A stretch of DNA of 64,000 bases from Octopus sinensis. Its lineage: Eukaryota. The notes beneath the pieces are model-generated. The model was given only the letters and a program-made list of their open reading frames with translations, was not told where the DNA came from and did not search any database. The DNA lies in the NCBI RefSeq assembly GCF_006345805.1, contig NC_043004.1, forward strand, positions 14,942,001 through 15,006,000. The letters run 5' to 3'. This document shows positions 13,060-27,296 of the stretch, piece by piece (within the stretch, counting starts at the first letter, position 1; each line of letters begins with the position of its first letter). Both the position numbers and the translations under genes were made by a program.

Positions 13060-14296
13060 TCAAGAACTTTTCGAATTCTTGAATAATACAGGCTGGCATA
13101 TTCCTGCAGATCGACGCTGTGCTTCTTAATTCAAGTATCTTTCAGTTTCTTAGTTAGCGCTTTGGATGTTGTCCCAAGAACACCAATTACCGCACGAATT
13201 ACTATTGTTCTAGTCTTCCATAGTTTCTTCAACACTTTTGCTAGGCCCAGATATTTCACATTTTATTGCTTTCAATTTCTATGGTATTACTTCTGTTATC
13301 AGAGTGAACTGGAAAATATATGATCTTATACAGTTTTGTTTTCTGTTTTTAAATTGTCCTGTATAATCTTATGTGGTTTTCTCGCTTCAGAATTGTCAGC
13401 CTTTACGTGAAAGCTCCAATGCTTCCTGAAATTCTTATTTCTTATTATAGCATCTAGATAGTGCTCATATCACTTTCCTGGTATTTCGAAACCACACACT
13501 AAGCCAACTCTTTTATCTACATATTTATGACTGCGCTTATACTCCTTGGTGGTAGCCTACTGCATTCACTCAAGAAATCATAGATGCTTTCACTTCCTTT
13601 TCTACACTTTTCTCTCTCTCTCCCGTCTCTCTCTCTCTCTCTCTCTCCCACCTCTCTCTCCCTCTCTCTCTCTCTGAGTTTCGTCCTTCTTTACATTTAT
13701 AGGATTCGTCCTAACGAATTATTCCTGATTGACTATACTTAACGCTTCGGTCTCTCGTTTCAGGCTTCTGTTCGTTCGTTCGTCAGCCAAAGTCAGCTTT
13801 CTTTACTTCCGACATTATCGGTTTGTTGTATGAATTGGCATGTAATTCAATTACTTTCGATGTGCATTCTCTGCTTTTATTCCTACACTCCTTGCTTCAC
13901 TTATATCTGGGTATCTCTAGCTGCCGATTTTCATTCAATCTGTGCAACATAATTTTTCAAACCCAATATCGCAGTACTAACAGCATCTCCTACAGCTAGT
14001 AGTCTTCTGCGTCCTTCTTTTCTTGATAGGTGGAGTCTATCGCTATTATGTTTACGTTGGTATGCGTTGTGTATTGTGGGTAGCTTTCTAAGTTCTGTAG
14101 CTCGACTTTAATCCATTTCAGAAAGAGAGATGAGTATTTTAATACTAAACTAACATGAATACATGTATTTATGGCTTTCATGATACTCCACTCATTTAAC
14201 TTTGTTTCAGGCACTTCCTAATTCTTGTCCTATAAACTTTGGACATTTTCCTATATTTTTCACTTTCTGTTATCTTGTCGTTTTGCAGCACTCCAA
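13060..14296 (-). mobile_element. R4/Dong-clade LINE, 5'-truncated relic of about 1.2 kb (RT thumb, CCHC knuckle, REL endonuclease), interrupted by (CT)n at 13610-13676
   Basis: The minus strand gives GVLQNDKI...IRKCLK, LNEWSIMKAINT, a ..LWL..SLKRETEAL..NQE.. segment, KCRK..ESIYDFLSECSRLPPKEYKR and ..KLWKTRTIVIRAVIGVLGT..ARIRKVL-like segments, in the expected order. Confidence 0.85.
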
Positions 14297-14419
<123 letters not shown>

Positions 14420-15364
14420 GACGCCTTTGTTGCAAAGAGAATAATTATCAGCATAAATAGAAACAAATAATTATATTTTTTTATACTCTTGCTGGTAGCG
14501 TACCCTCTCAGAAATATCTAAATTTGATTAGGTGTAATACTAAACAAAAACGCCACCTGATATTCTCAACTGGTTTACACTTGTGCTGTATTTAAGAAAA
14601 AGTTTTAAAAGCAATATTAGCATGATATTCTATATCTCTGACGTCAACTCATTAGCAGGCTATTATTGAAGCCAAAGTGATATATATATATTTTTCCACT
14701 TCACTTTGCTTAAATGAAATAAAATCATTTCATGCAGTTCAGTTATTTTTAAACAATAGATTTCTCTCATAGAACATACCTAGCTTTTAAATGAAAAACA
14801 GCGGCAATACCATGATGATTATGATCATCATTCTAATTAATCATTTATTAGTTTTATAACTCATCACCAGTAGGTCTGGAAATAGAGTGAGCACTGTTTT
14901 CTTTTTATGTGTTAATTTTGTCATATTTGAAAGGAATTTGTGGATATTAATTATACTATTTTCACGTAACAAAGTAAATATATAAAAGAAAAGTAACTTA
15001 CATGTAGAGAGGACAGGAAAAATAGTTGGAAAAGAGATATATAAAAGGCAATTCATTACTATCAAACATTATTTAAGTCACTAATGATATGCTTTAACTT
15101 TCAAAGTGACTGTTGTATTTTCCTATATTCCTGCCTATATACTTTCTTCGTCGCCTGTATATTTGCACAAGGGTTTGGGTGTGCGTGCGTTCATGCATGC
15201 ATGTGTTTAAGAAAAGAAGCACTTGACGTGATGGTGATGGATTAGCTGATAAGTAGAGAAATAAGAGATTTGTCAGCTTCATAAACATAAGTCTAAGTAT
15301 ATATATAATAAATAATAAATGCGCCCTTTTTAAAGCCATTTTTCATAGCGTTTTTCCGATGACC

Positions 15365-15421
15365 GGATAGCTGAAGGTGGCGCGGATTTATACCTCGGCA
15401 TCCGAAACTCGAGTTTTATCT
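15365..15421 (+). ncRNA. Hammerhead-ribozyme-like motif (type I, degenerate), family H2
   Basis: GGAUAG CUGAAGG [stem II, imperfect] GAAAC UCGA GUU|UUAUCU. Stem I pairs at 6/6 positions including two G-U pairs, and stem III is the perfect palindrome AAACTCGAGTTT. The core has G at position 9. Confidence 0.5.
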
Positions 15422-15517
15422 TGGCTACCGAATAATTGTCAGATATTACATTTACAGATAAATTCCACTATTGCTTAATATCGAGGTCTCTTCTTTCTTT
15501 TGTTACCGTTTTTATCA

Positions 15518-15554
<37 letters not shown>

Positions 15555-15826
15555 ATATATATATGCCCCAGCATGGCGACAGCTCATTAGCTGAAACTGG
15601 TAAAAATCAAAATCAAAAATCAAATATATATATATAATTATCAAAATTTGTTATAATCAAGTTTATTTGAGACTACAAAAAATAGAAGAAAAAATAAACG
15701 TTTAATTATTTAAAACCATCAGTATATGATTTTGGATAAAATTTAATTATCACAAATACTTATTCATTTTGTTAAAATGATTTATACATATGAATAAAAA
15801 ATAAATTATGAATATCTATCTATCCG

Positions 15827-15883
<57 letters not shown>

Positions 15884-15896
15884 ATATATCATTTTG

Positions 15897-15980
<84 letters not shown>

Positions 15981-16235
15981 AACACACAAGATTATACAGA
16001 TATACAGATATATATGCAAACACATACATAGCAAAACACACACACTCGCACACAGACACATACGCCTAAGTGTGTTTAGAGTTTCATACGCGCATTACAC
16101 ACTTATATACATACACGGGACACAGTGCTAATATATTCACACAGAAGCACATACAAACTCAAATAAATAACTACACACAGACACAGGCACACACACATAC
16201 ATATATATATATATACAGTTTTTGCGTTTTTTTTT

Positions 16236-16287
<52 letters not shown>

Positions 16288-16296
16288 GTATATGTG

Positions 16297-16329
<33 letters not shown>

Positions 16330-16359
16330 GTATATATATATATATATATAATATATATA

Positions 16360-16399
<40 letters not shown>

Positions 16400-16559
16400 G
16401 AAAAGTTTGGAGTCATCAAAAAGGGGTACGGTTAGACATTTAGTTTTTAATCATTTCAAATGTTTTCACTCAACGTAGTTCTCCAGGTGTGCGGGTACTT
16501 GATTACGCAACTGTTTTCGTGCATTATGAGATCTAGTTGTGTCTACTCAGGCGATATGT

Positions 16560-16744
16560 AAGCATTGTCTCCCTAAGCTTTAAGGACCTCCTCTCTCTCT
16601 GTCGTGGCTTGGATTTCTACTCACACTCGACAGATGCCCAAACGCAAAACTGGAAGTACGCATAATACTACTAGTGGATAGCACAAGGCAAATATGAAGG
16701 TGGAGAGATTTATACAGTATTCTGCTTAACAGAATATGCCATAA

Positions 16745-16745
<1 letters not shown>
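16560..16745 (-). mobile_element. Possible highly decayed RTE-type LINE fragment
   Basis: The frame [13 protein letters not shown]...SSIMRTSSFAFGHL...PSHDRERGGP loosely follows the RTE pattern SWxxHxxNExLY...IRxRRLxFAGH...HGxRxRGRP. Confidence 0.3.
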
Positions 16746-16802
<57 letters not shown>

Positions 16803-17761
16803 TCATACATACATACATACATACATTCATAATACATACATACATACATTCATATATGCATACATACATGCATACATACATACATGTATGCATACATACA
16901 TATATACATACAGTTGTATGAGATCACTAGAGAGCTGAGTCGCAGAAGGCCTTCAGCGAAGAAATCGCCTTTGGGCAATTGCTTCCAACCGTAACTTCTT
17001 ACAATGTCGTGACGTCTGGTCACGTTTAGGTCACAATTCCCGGGTACCCTTCTACTGTCACTTTTTAACCACTTTGATGTCAGAGACTTGTGCATTTAAA
17101 CTGTTTGGCGATCCCATCAAGTTGTAATTCATCCCTTTTGACTCAGCTTTCAAGCTTAAATAAGAAATAGCACTCCTACAACAACCCACGCGTTAAAATA
17201 CAAAGCTATTTCCGTTATAAATGTAGGTCGCGTTTAGCTGTTCCTATATCAGGTACAGCTGGAACAATCTTGACTCTAATAATGCTATTAAATATGTGGT
17301 CTTGTTCTTCCCAGAGACTGAGAATTGTTTAATTAGTTTGTAAGCACCGTAACTGTGTGGCGAAAACTTTGATCCACAAGCTGGATTCCCTCTGGCTGTT
17401 GAAGAGGCTGGTGTGCTTCTTTCATTCTACTTTCGAAAGGCATAGTTCATCCACTCAAAACTAGTTGCATTCTTAAAGTGAAATCGTGTACGATATTCGG
17501 CTTCAAGTCTTGGTGATTTTGTTGATTCTGTGACGTCTGCAGAGCACGCCTGGTTACTGTTCGAGAGGACGCAAACTCGCTTTAACATAACTATAAAATG
17601 AGTATTTTATTCATCAGTGAATCATGCGATTCAAGTTTGTTTAAACACACACACGTATATATGCATGTATATATAAACATATGCAAAACACGCATATTTA
17701 TATATATTGTTTGTAGCCGCAAGGAAACCAACTACAGCAGCAGCAGTAGCAACAGCAGCAT

Positions 17762-17794
<33 letters not shown>

Positions 17795-18234
17795 CAGCAG
17801 CCTGATAGGAGAAGGAATGTGAGTACAATACCTTAAAGGCTGTTGAGATCTTGGGGAAACTATAAATTTAAATATCAAACGAAAATGTTTTTATGGTAAG
17901 TTGAGTGGCATAATAGCATGTTGAATATAAATAATAGCCATAGAATACAGTGAACGAATAAACGAAAAGATTTTCGTGATGATGATGAGGAAGATGAGGA
18001 TAGTGATGGTGGTTATAATAGTGAGGAGGAGGGGGAGAAAGTGGGGGAGAAGTTAGTAGAAGATGTATAGTCATAGAGGAAGATATATGAATATATGGTT
18101 TGTTATAAATTATGTGTTTTACTGCAGTAATACGTTTAGTTTGTCTTGTATATCAGTACTAGCGTGGTTTGAGTGTGTATTTATATCTCCGTCCGTTTAT
18201 ATCAATGGGTTTCTGTGTGTATGTGTGTGTGTGC

Positions 18235-18300
<66 letters not shown>

Positions 18301-18306
18301 ATATAT

Positions 18307-18355
<49 letters not shown>

Positions 18356-19561
18356 TATATATACATATATGTGTGTGTGTTTTGGAAGTTAATAGGTTAT
18401 GTATTTATAGATACACGTATATATGTGTTACTATAATCATACATCGACTCTATTACAGATTGTAATTGATTCGCTCTGTGTATTTGTTACTAAATCAACC
18501 ATAGTGAAAATATGGGTCCTACGTTTCCAATTTTGAAAGTATAATCTGATTACATCAAAAGCTTTTTGATTCCACTTTCGCAGATTTCATCTCATTGAAG
18601 TATACGCTTGATACATATCAGCCAAATCTTCCAGACATAGAGAATTGCCGATTAACATTGTGCAATGTATAAACTAATAGATTTTTCAGATATTTGTATT
18701 TGGATATTCGGAAAATGTTTTATGACGATTGTCTGTAATTCAGTAGAGTGTGTAATTTTCGTTAAATCCGGCTATCTGAATGTTCAAATGTGTAACTTGA
18801 AGATATTAATTTCCATTCATTATGTAGACATTTTCGTCTGTGACAGATCGTGATTCAATACTGAGGCATCTACAGTAGTATATAAACCATGTATGAAAGA
18901 ACACTTAAGATGTTTGCTTTGTAGATGCGCATAAAATAAGTCATTTCTGTATTCTATACAATCTCCAGTCACAGATATATCGTCTATATATGAAATATTT
19001 CATACCGAGTATTCAACAGAACAATGTTTGGGCATTTAACTAAGAAACTGCATTGATCAATCTAAATTATGTTCCTAATACGCAAACACGTTATGCCTTT
19101 CTGGTACTTTTATATTCTGTGTAAATGTCTATCCAGTTTCCTTCATTCCTACTGAAGAGTTGACAAACGTCATTTTATATAGCATCGTGATGGCACTTAG
19201 ATGTGAGTGAAATTAAGCAGGCTGAATCTCGATGGAAACTTTTCGGATGGGTTATAACTGTGATTTACAGGTCTAACCTCGACATAGTTTAAGTCTGAAT
19301 CAACCAGTAAGGACATGTGAATCTGTTGAGTGCGCTGCCTCTACCACAGTATTTTAATGATCCAATGAGAGTAATAGTTCAGTTGACAGAAGGAAAAATT
19401 AACATTTGTGGTCAGAATCTATGACTGAGATACATCTTCATGTTCACTTATATAGGCGTTTATGTATGCACACATTAAAACCTACATGTGCACAAATATA
19501 ACATATATAGATCATATGTATGTTCATGTATGTGAATATGTGATTGTGTGTTTGTGTGTGC

Positions 19562-19592
<31 letters not shown>

Positions 19593-19595
<3 letters not shown>

Positions 19596-19830
19596 AGAGT
19601 TACGAAAAAAACAAAAGACGGAGACAGGTGGTGTACAAAATAAACAGAATATAACGCTCAGGAATAGAAAAAGTATTTTACGTTTCGAGCCTACGCTCTT
19701 CTACGGGAAGGGACACAGAAAAAAAACAGGAAAGAAACAAGGGGAACCAAAAGATTCTTCGGGGAGGAAAGTAAACGTGGAAAGGAAACATACAAAAGGT
19801 GTGGGGAGAAAGAAGCACAAGCGTTTGAAG
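19593..19830 (-). mobile_element. Family H1 short Penelope-like element, copy 2
   Basis: Homologous to 6783-6960. It starts directly after (TA)n, and the hammerhead-like motif is at 19673-19712. Confidence 0.6.
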
Positions 19831-19840
19831 AAAAATACAT

Positions 19841-19908
<68 letters not shown>

Positions 19909-20001
19909 GTATAAACCCATATATATATATATACATGTACATACATATATTTATTTTTCTATCTATCTATCTATCTATATATATATATTTATATCCACTT
20001 T

Positions 20002-20398
20002 TACTCTTTTACTTGTTTCAGTCATTTGACTGCGGCCATGCTGCAGCACCGCCTCTTGTCGAGCAAATCGAGCCCCAGGACTTATTCTTTGTAAGCCTAG
20101 TACTTCTTCTATCGTTCGCATTTGCCGAACCGCTAAGTTACGGGGAAGTAAACACACCAGCATCGGTTGCCAAGCGATGTTGGTGGGGAAAAACAGACAC
20201 ACAAACACACACATATATAATATACATTTACTTATATACGACGGATTCTTTAAGTTTCCGTCTACCAAATCCACTCACAAGGCTTTGGTTGGCCTTAGGT
20301 TATAGTAGAAGACACTTGCACAAGTTGCCACGCAGTGGGACTGAACCCGGAACGTGGTTGGTAAGCAAGCTACTTAACACACAGCCACTCCTGCGCCT
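20002..20398 (-). mobile_element. tRNA-derived SINE family A, near full length
   Basis: The reverse complement starts aggcgcaggagtggctgtgtgttaagtagc (A box) with ccgggttcagtccc (B-box-like), has a central CA/TA microsatellite, and ends gactgaaacaagtaaaaagagta. Confidence 0.9.
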
Positions 20399-20407
20399 AT
20401 ATATAGG

Positions 20408-20476
<69 letters not shown>

Positions 20477-20477
20477 G

Positions 20478-20508
<31 letters not shown>

Positions 20509-21302
20509 CTATATATATATATGTTCAAATGTATATATACATACACACCCATATACAAACGTACATCCGCTTAGAAATATATTTGTGTGTATGTTTTATG
20601 TTATTACTAAGAATCTCCAGCCAGTTAGTAACCAATGTCTGAAATTTTATATGATTTTAAGGCAATTATATTTGATTTTCTATATGTGTTGGTAAATGTT
20701 TGCGCAATTGGTGTGCATGTCTCTTAAGTGCAAATAAATTGCCTTGACTTTATTGCCTTGTCTGTAAAGTTTCAATAAAATTGCTTTGCATCGATAATGA
20801 TGGAGCTATTTATGATATACAACTGGTGTGCTAACTGCTTTTGTATTGGCTTATGCCTTTTCAACATATGATTTCAGAGTTCATATTCCTACTCGAGATC
20901 ACCTTTGGCTATAATTGTGTGGGGTTCGATAAAAATCCACAAATCAGTGCGACGAATCCAGTTCTTTTTAATGTTTATTTCGGTGTATTACGTTTTGAGT
21001 TTATATCATGTCATACTCTATCTGGTTATTAGACATAATCGATGATCCAGTTTGACACGCTGATACTTTGAGTGCATGTACTGAGATCGAATCGATTGCA
21101 AGAACTCCCTCTTATTCTGTTTTTCCCAATTTTCTCGGAAGCAATGAAACTAATCATATGGATTGCTCTTTCTCTCTCTCTCTCTCTCACTCTCTTAAGT
21201 TAAAGAGTTGAAAAATATATGTTCAAATAGAATAAAGTAGAATAATTGGACGGGTATCTTTCAATTAACATACATGTATTCTCGACAAAATCCAGAGTCA
21301 TG

Positions 21303-22260
21303 TACGAGAGTGGGCTGAAAATATTATGGGCTGACTATGAAGGACTGACGCTAAAGCTACGAAATCTGGCACGCATTAATTTCAACACCCTTTATTAATA
21401 ACTTCATTGTTCTTTTCCAGCGTAACCTGGTATCTCACTGCTCAAAGAAGTCTTCAAATGTAACTATTAGCAATTTCTCTTCAAAATAGAAGTAAATTGG
21501 AACCGTGGTGTTATCAAGTACCTACAGACAAAGGGTTTCGCTCCAAGGACATTTATGCTGTCATGATTGCTACATTAAGGGATGAAGCTCCAGCTTTATG
21601 AACAAAGAGAAAGTGGACAGATTATTTTAGGGGGAGATTGGAGCGTCCTGAAGATGACACAAAGTCTGAGCTTCCTTCAGCTGCTACCACCGAGGAAAAC
21701 ATTGATCTTGTTCACGAAATGGTGATGGATGGCAGATGATGGTGTACAAATTATATAGCCAATGCTATTAGCATATCCCGTGAGGAATAACACTGCTGAG
21801 GCAGTTACGAACGGTTATTAAGATCAAACGCCCAGAAAAAATGGTGAAAGGGGATTTGTTTTTATAAGGACAACACTCCAGCACACAATTCACTGGCTTC
21901 AAAGCCTGGTGTTCGGGATTGTTGCTTGGAATTAGTTGATCACCCTCCCTATTCTTCTGGTTTTGCACCATATGACTATCAGCTGTTCCCAAATATGGAA
22001 AATTACTTAGCTGGTCTTAGATATCATTATCGCAATAATGATGATATCGGATATATTGTTGAGGACTTTTATGAGTAACTAGATGAAAGCTCCTTTACCA
22101 ATGAATCCCAAATCACTTTATCAATTAGTTCCAAAAGCTTTATCAATGAAATCCAAACACTGCAACACCAATGAAAGAAATGTGTGTACCACAAGGTTTT
22201 CTATGACGAAGAATAAACCTCATCTGGTCACATTCCATGAAGGCATCTTGGTTAAGGTAA
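21303..22260 (+). mobile_element. Mariner (Tc1/mariner) transposon relic, internally deleted and frameshifted
   Basis: Starts with tacgagagtgggctgaaaa (TIR-like). The HTH region reads NRGVIKYLQ..IATLRDEAP and TTEENIDLVHEMVMD. The catalytic C-terminus reads DNTPAHNS..LELVDHPPYSSGFAPYDYQLFPNM, matching YSPDLAPSDY. Confidence 0.9.
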
Positions 22261-23609
22261 TGGACTCTGGAAGGTAGAAGTCATATTGAATAAGTTACTT
22301 GTAATATATGTGCATTTGGATGTAAAGATCAACAAGTAAACGCTTGAGTGACATTAGCAGTCACATTCATACGCAAGTTAAATAAATGTCTCTCTCATGA
22401 TCATTCACACAACCACAGACACACATAAACACAGTTGCACCTTATATGCATATATATTTAAGTGTATATATGTGCGTGTGTGTATGTGTTATGCGTGTGT
22501 GTGTGTGTAGTCTGCTGTTTTTAATCGTTCAAATCCTTCCTCTGGGAAAGGAGCTAGTTTCTAATAGACACCATGCCCTATCGTTTGAATGTTGATAAAA
22601 GAATGTCACATTTCAAATTCGAGAAGAGGTTGGCATTTGCTTGAATGTATGCATACGCATATATACATGCACACATATGCGTGTGTGTATGGTTAACATA
22701 ATTGAAAGCAGTATAAAATTGTCCAGCATATTAATACAAATTATTCAAATTAACATCATTTTACAGAACTTAATCATGAAAGAAAATGATACTTATGATA
22801 TTCCCAGGTACTCTAGTTAAGTTTATAACTCCCAAGAAGTCTTGTACCGCCCAGTTTTGACAATCTACCGATCATTCACCTGTGCTACTAAAGTTACACG
22901 GTGTTAGGAGTATAATGTTTTAGGGCCACTGTTTTTCTAAAAACGTGTAAAAGTTTTCGTACAGCAAATATACAACCATCATCCAACTATTCTATGAATA
23001 GAATGAGTAAAATACCAATCTTTTTCATGAAGTTTTCTGATGATTATCTAATAAATTGAATGTCAGTCATTGAACAGAAGATGCATCAAATTTGTTAGTA
23101 ATCACTGTGTTACTGGAATAGTGTGTTTGTGCAGAGAGGTAAGTTTTATCACAAACTAACAACAATATTAGATGCAGCAGATTGTAATTCGTTTTGCTAA
23201 CACTTTGATTGGCAATTATGCCATTACGGTTGCCAAGCAATAAAACATTTGTCATAATTAATGACTTTTGAGATAGTAGAACGTAGCGAAGCAAAATATG
23301 CTTTTTGTTGTGTTCATTACATGACACTCTCAGAATATGACAACTTATTAAACATCCTGTGTTGCCTCTTTTATAGTTACTTCTTTAATTTCATTATGGT
23401 AAAAGTTCGAACTTGTTGAATTAAAGATAATTGTTATTATAGCATGTTATTGCAAACTCAACAGTATAAGACCTACTTTACTTTAATTCATTGCCGCTGC
23501 AATATATATGTCCAACATATACATATATATGTCCATATAATTAAAACGAGTAAAGTTTATAGTTCCGTACGCCGGAGGTTATTGTGATATCCGTAGTGCT
23601 TAAACAAAG

Positions 23610-23750
23610 GGAAAATACATCATCAAGTTATCAAGTACCGGTAGAGAAATGGTTTAGCAACAAGGACATTGATTTTGTCATTGTTGCTACATTAAGGGAT
23701 GACGCTCCAGCTTTCTCAACATTGCGAAAATGGTTAGATGAATTTGGTTG
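23610..23750 (+). mobile_element. Second mariner N-terminal fragment of the same family
   Basis: gttatcaagtacc...aaggacattgattttgtcattgttgctacattaagggatgacgctccagcttt matches 21510-21600. It translates to ..VATLRDDAPAFSTLRKWLDEF. Confidence 0.75.
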
Positions 23751-24289
23751 CTTTTGTAAGATTCCACCGTTACGCAATTTCTGTTAAGTAAAATGTAGAA
23801 TCGAAAAACAGATCGTGTTTCCAAAGAACGCAATCGGCCCGCTCGAGGAATCAACCCACAAAATTACAGTTGCTAGATCATAAGATTAGCTTGATTTTCC
23901 AAGATAGAATATTCGATATGTGCTTTGGTGTGGACATGTGTGTATCTTTGCGTGTATATCTTTTATATTTTTTCTTAAGCTTTAGTCACTGATGGTGACC
24001 GTACTATGGTACTAAACTGAAAAATATAAAGATATCGTAATTAATCTTGAAAATAATTTAATTGATAAATTAACCCATGCCTCTTCTTTTGCTATTTCCA
24101 CTAAACATCAGCCAATACTTTCACAAATATTTTGGTTACATTTCTAGTAGCGGGTGTGTGTGTGTATGTGTGCGTGTATCTATATATGTATATATATATA
24201 TATATATAATATATATATATATATATACAGAGAGAGAGAGAGAGAGAGATGCATATATATATATATATATATACTTACGTACATATATA

Positions 24290-24534
24290 TATTATCCTTT
24301 TATTGTTTTATCTGTTTCAGTCATATCACAGCGGCAATGCTGGAGCACTACCTTTAGTCAAACAAATCGACCACAGGACTTATTCTTTGTAAGCCTAGTA
24401 CTTATTCTATCGTTCTCTTTTACCGATCCACTGAATTACGCGAACGTAAACACACCATCATGGGTTGTCAAGCGATGGTGGGGGGACAAGCACAGACTGA
24501 CAAACATACAAACATAGACACACACACATACATT

Positions 24535-24591
<57 letters not shown>

Positions 24592-24700
24592 ATATATATA
24601 TTTACGACAGGCTTCTTTCAATTTCCGTCTACCAAATCCACTCACGAGTTTTTGGTCGGCACGAGACAATTGCACACGGTGTCACGCAGTGGGACTGAAC
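24290..24700 (-). mobile_element. SINE family A copy with truncated head
   Basis: Homologous to 20002-20398, with a long central (TA)n. Confidence 0.85.
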
Positions 24701-24853
24701 ACTTAATATAATTATATACATATGTATATTATTATTAATTTATTGTAGAAATTACCTATACATATTTATTGCATGCTGGCTCCCTGATAAAAATCATTGA
24801 CCTGATTTTATCCTTATATTCTATATATATATATAATATATAATATATATATA

Positions 24854-24894
<41 letters not shown>

Positions 24895-24912
24895 TGTGCG
24901 TGTGTGTGTATA

Positions 24913-25322
24913 AAGGTTGAGACCCAACTTCAGTCATGAATGTCCATGAAATTAAACCTAGAAGTTACCCTCTGAAGTACAAATTCGGGCAAGTTTGTTT
25001 TGGAAAAACAGCAGTCACCCATGCAAACCAGCCTCTCCTCGCCACGCTACAAATAGCAAAACACGATACAGCTTGGCATCAGTTACGTCCCATTTCACTC
25101 TTTTTTAATTAAGTACCACAGTACGGTCACCATCATTGACTAAGTCTTAAGGAAAAATAAAAATTACATCTTCAAACATATACTTACAGCTGAGTTGACT
25201 AGAGCAACGTGAAATAAGGTATCTTGCTCCATAACACAGCACAGAACTCCAGCTCGGGAATCGAATTCAATAACTCCTCATTGTGAGTCCGACGCTCTAA
25301 CCACTGATCCATGCATCTTCAC
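24913..25322 (-). mobile_element. tRNA-derived SINE (family E) split by an insertion of about 88 bp at 25097-25184
   Basis: The head on the minus strand reads gtgaagatgcatggatcagtggttagagcgtcggactcacaatgaggagttattgagttgaattcgattccc-like (A and B boxes). The 5' half is shared with 10800-10948. Confidence 0.7.
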
Positions 25323-25340
25323 ACGCACACACACACACAC

Positions 25341-25372
<32 letters not shown>

Positions 25373-25498
25373 GCTAACACATATATATGCCTCTGTATAT
25401 ATGCGTATTTATATATATATATATATATATATTGTGTATGTTTGTGTATATATATTTATTTGTGTATGTACGTATATATATATACATATATGCATATA

Positions 25499-25533
<35 letters not shown>

Positions 25534-26854
25534 GGTAATCAGATATCGATTGATTTTCGTTATTTTTCCTCTCTGCCTGCATGGATTGTTTTCAAGTATT
25601 TTGTTTTTTCTGGGATTCCCTTTTTAAAGTAGAGGAAATAACTAAGGTTTTTGGGCTGCTATTTCTAATCTTCCGTATGTGGTATAGCAAATATCTGCTG
25701 AACCCTAATTATAAAGTATATATATATATAATATATATATATGTCTGTATGTGTTAGAGGTTAATAAACCATCTAAGGGATATTAAATATCCAATATACT
25801 AATGATGTATATCTACGTATTATCAACCAAGTGATTACTATTTCATGGCAATATTGCCATTGAATACTAGGTATGGGTGGGAATAAATTGGAAATTTACA
25901 CAAGATTCATTTGTCTTTTATATATATATATATATATGTGTATATATATTTTTATAAGTATATAGAGCATACATTATATTTAGGAGGGTGTATATATATA
26001 CGTATCTCTACATGCTGCCCGTAGAGAAATATTTGTAAGTTATACAGAATTTTGAATTAGAGATTTCTATGAGATTGAGTTCGAAAATATGACAACGAAA
26101 CGACTATGAAAGGAAAAAGAATTTTAGGTTATTAATAAGAAATGTGTCTATACATAGAAACATTTTAGCATTTACATACTAATATATAAAGATGAATTTC
26201 CAAGCATATCACGGACCGTATCATACAATTCTTTGATGTTTTATCAGTGTTTAGAGACGCTTAAGTGTGTGTACAGAAAACTAGATGCGTACGCATATTT
26301 GAATATTGCTATCTTCAAATAGTGTATATTTTCCTTCCGTTTCCCGTTGTTGGCATCGAGTACAAGAAGCATATAATATTATTTTAATCAGTTGAAGAGA
26401 AAATTTTATCCAATTTTTACAGCCGCCCTTTGGCAACGGATGATTCTCCGTTGTTTAAATTCAGTTAGATTAAATCGATTAAATTGATACAGTTTGATGC
26501 TAAATAGACAGAGATAATTTTCGAAACATCTAGTGAGGCATACGATGTTTGATGTTATTTATCACTACGTTTTGATATATTTTTTTCATGCCAGAAATTA
26601 CCATAAGATAACAGATGAAAGCCAAAATTAATTGAAAATTTAAAGAGGAATATTTCATATTTAACACTTTCCCTTTACTATCTATCTCTCAGTGTATGTT
26701 TTTATGAACAGCATATAATATTTTAATGCTGAACATACTTAACTTTATTGCTGATATTTAATTTCCGATATGTTTGACTAGTTTGAAAGCTTTGCTAAAT
26801 ATTGTTTCCATTATTCTACTTGACTTTCAAACTGTAATTAATTAAATACACTCA

Positions 26855-27040
26855 TATAGTCAAATATTACTTTGGCACATATATCCGTTTGCACACAATT
26901 ACATCTTCAAACATATACTTACAAATACTTATATTTTCATTTTTGCTCATCCTCTGATCTGTGTGTATTTTTATAATATATATATCGAAATCTCTATATA
27001 TGTATGTTTCAAGGATTAAATAAAAAGGACCAATAAACAG

Positions 27041-27080
<40 letters not shown>

Positions 27081-27082
27081 AT

Positions 27083-27116
<34 letters not shown>

Positions 27117-27296
27117 TTCTGTTTCTTTGGTCCTTTTTATTTAATCTTTGAACATACATATATAGAGATTCGATATATATATTATAAAAATACACACAGA
27201 TCAGAGATGAGCAAAAATGAAAATATAATATTTGTAAGTATATGTTTGAAGATGTAATTGTGTGCAAACGGATATATGTGCCAAAGTATATTTTAC

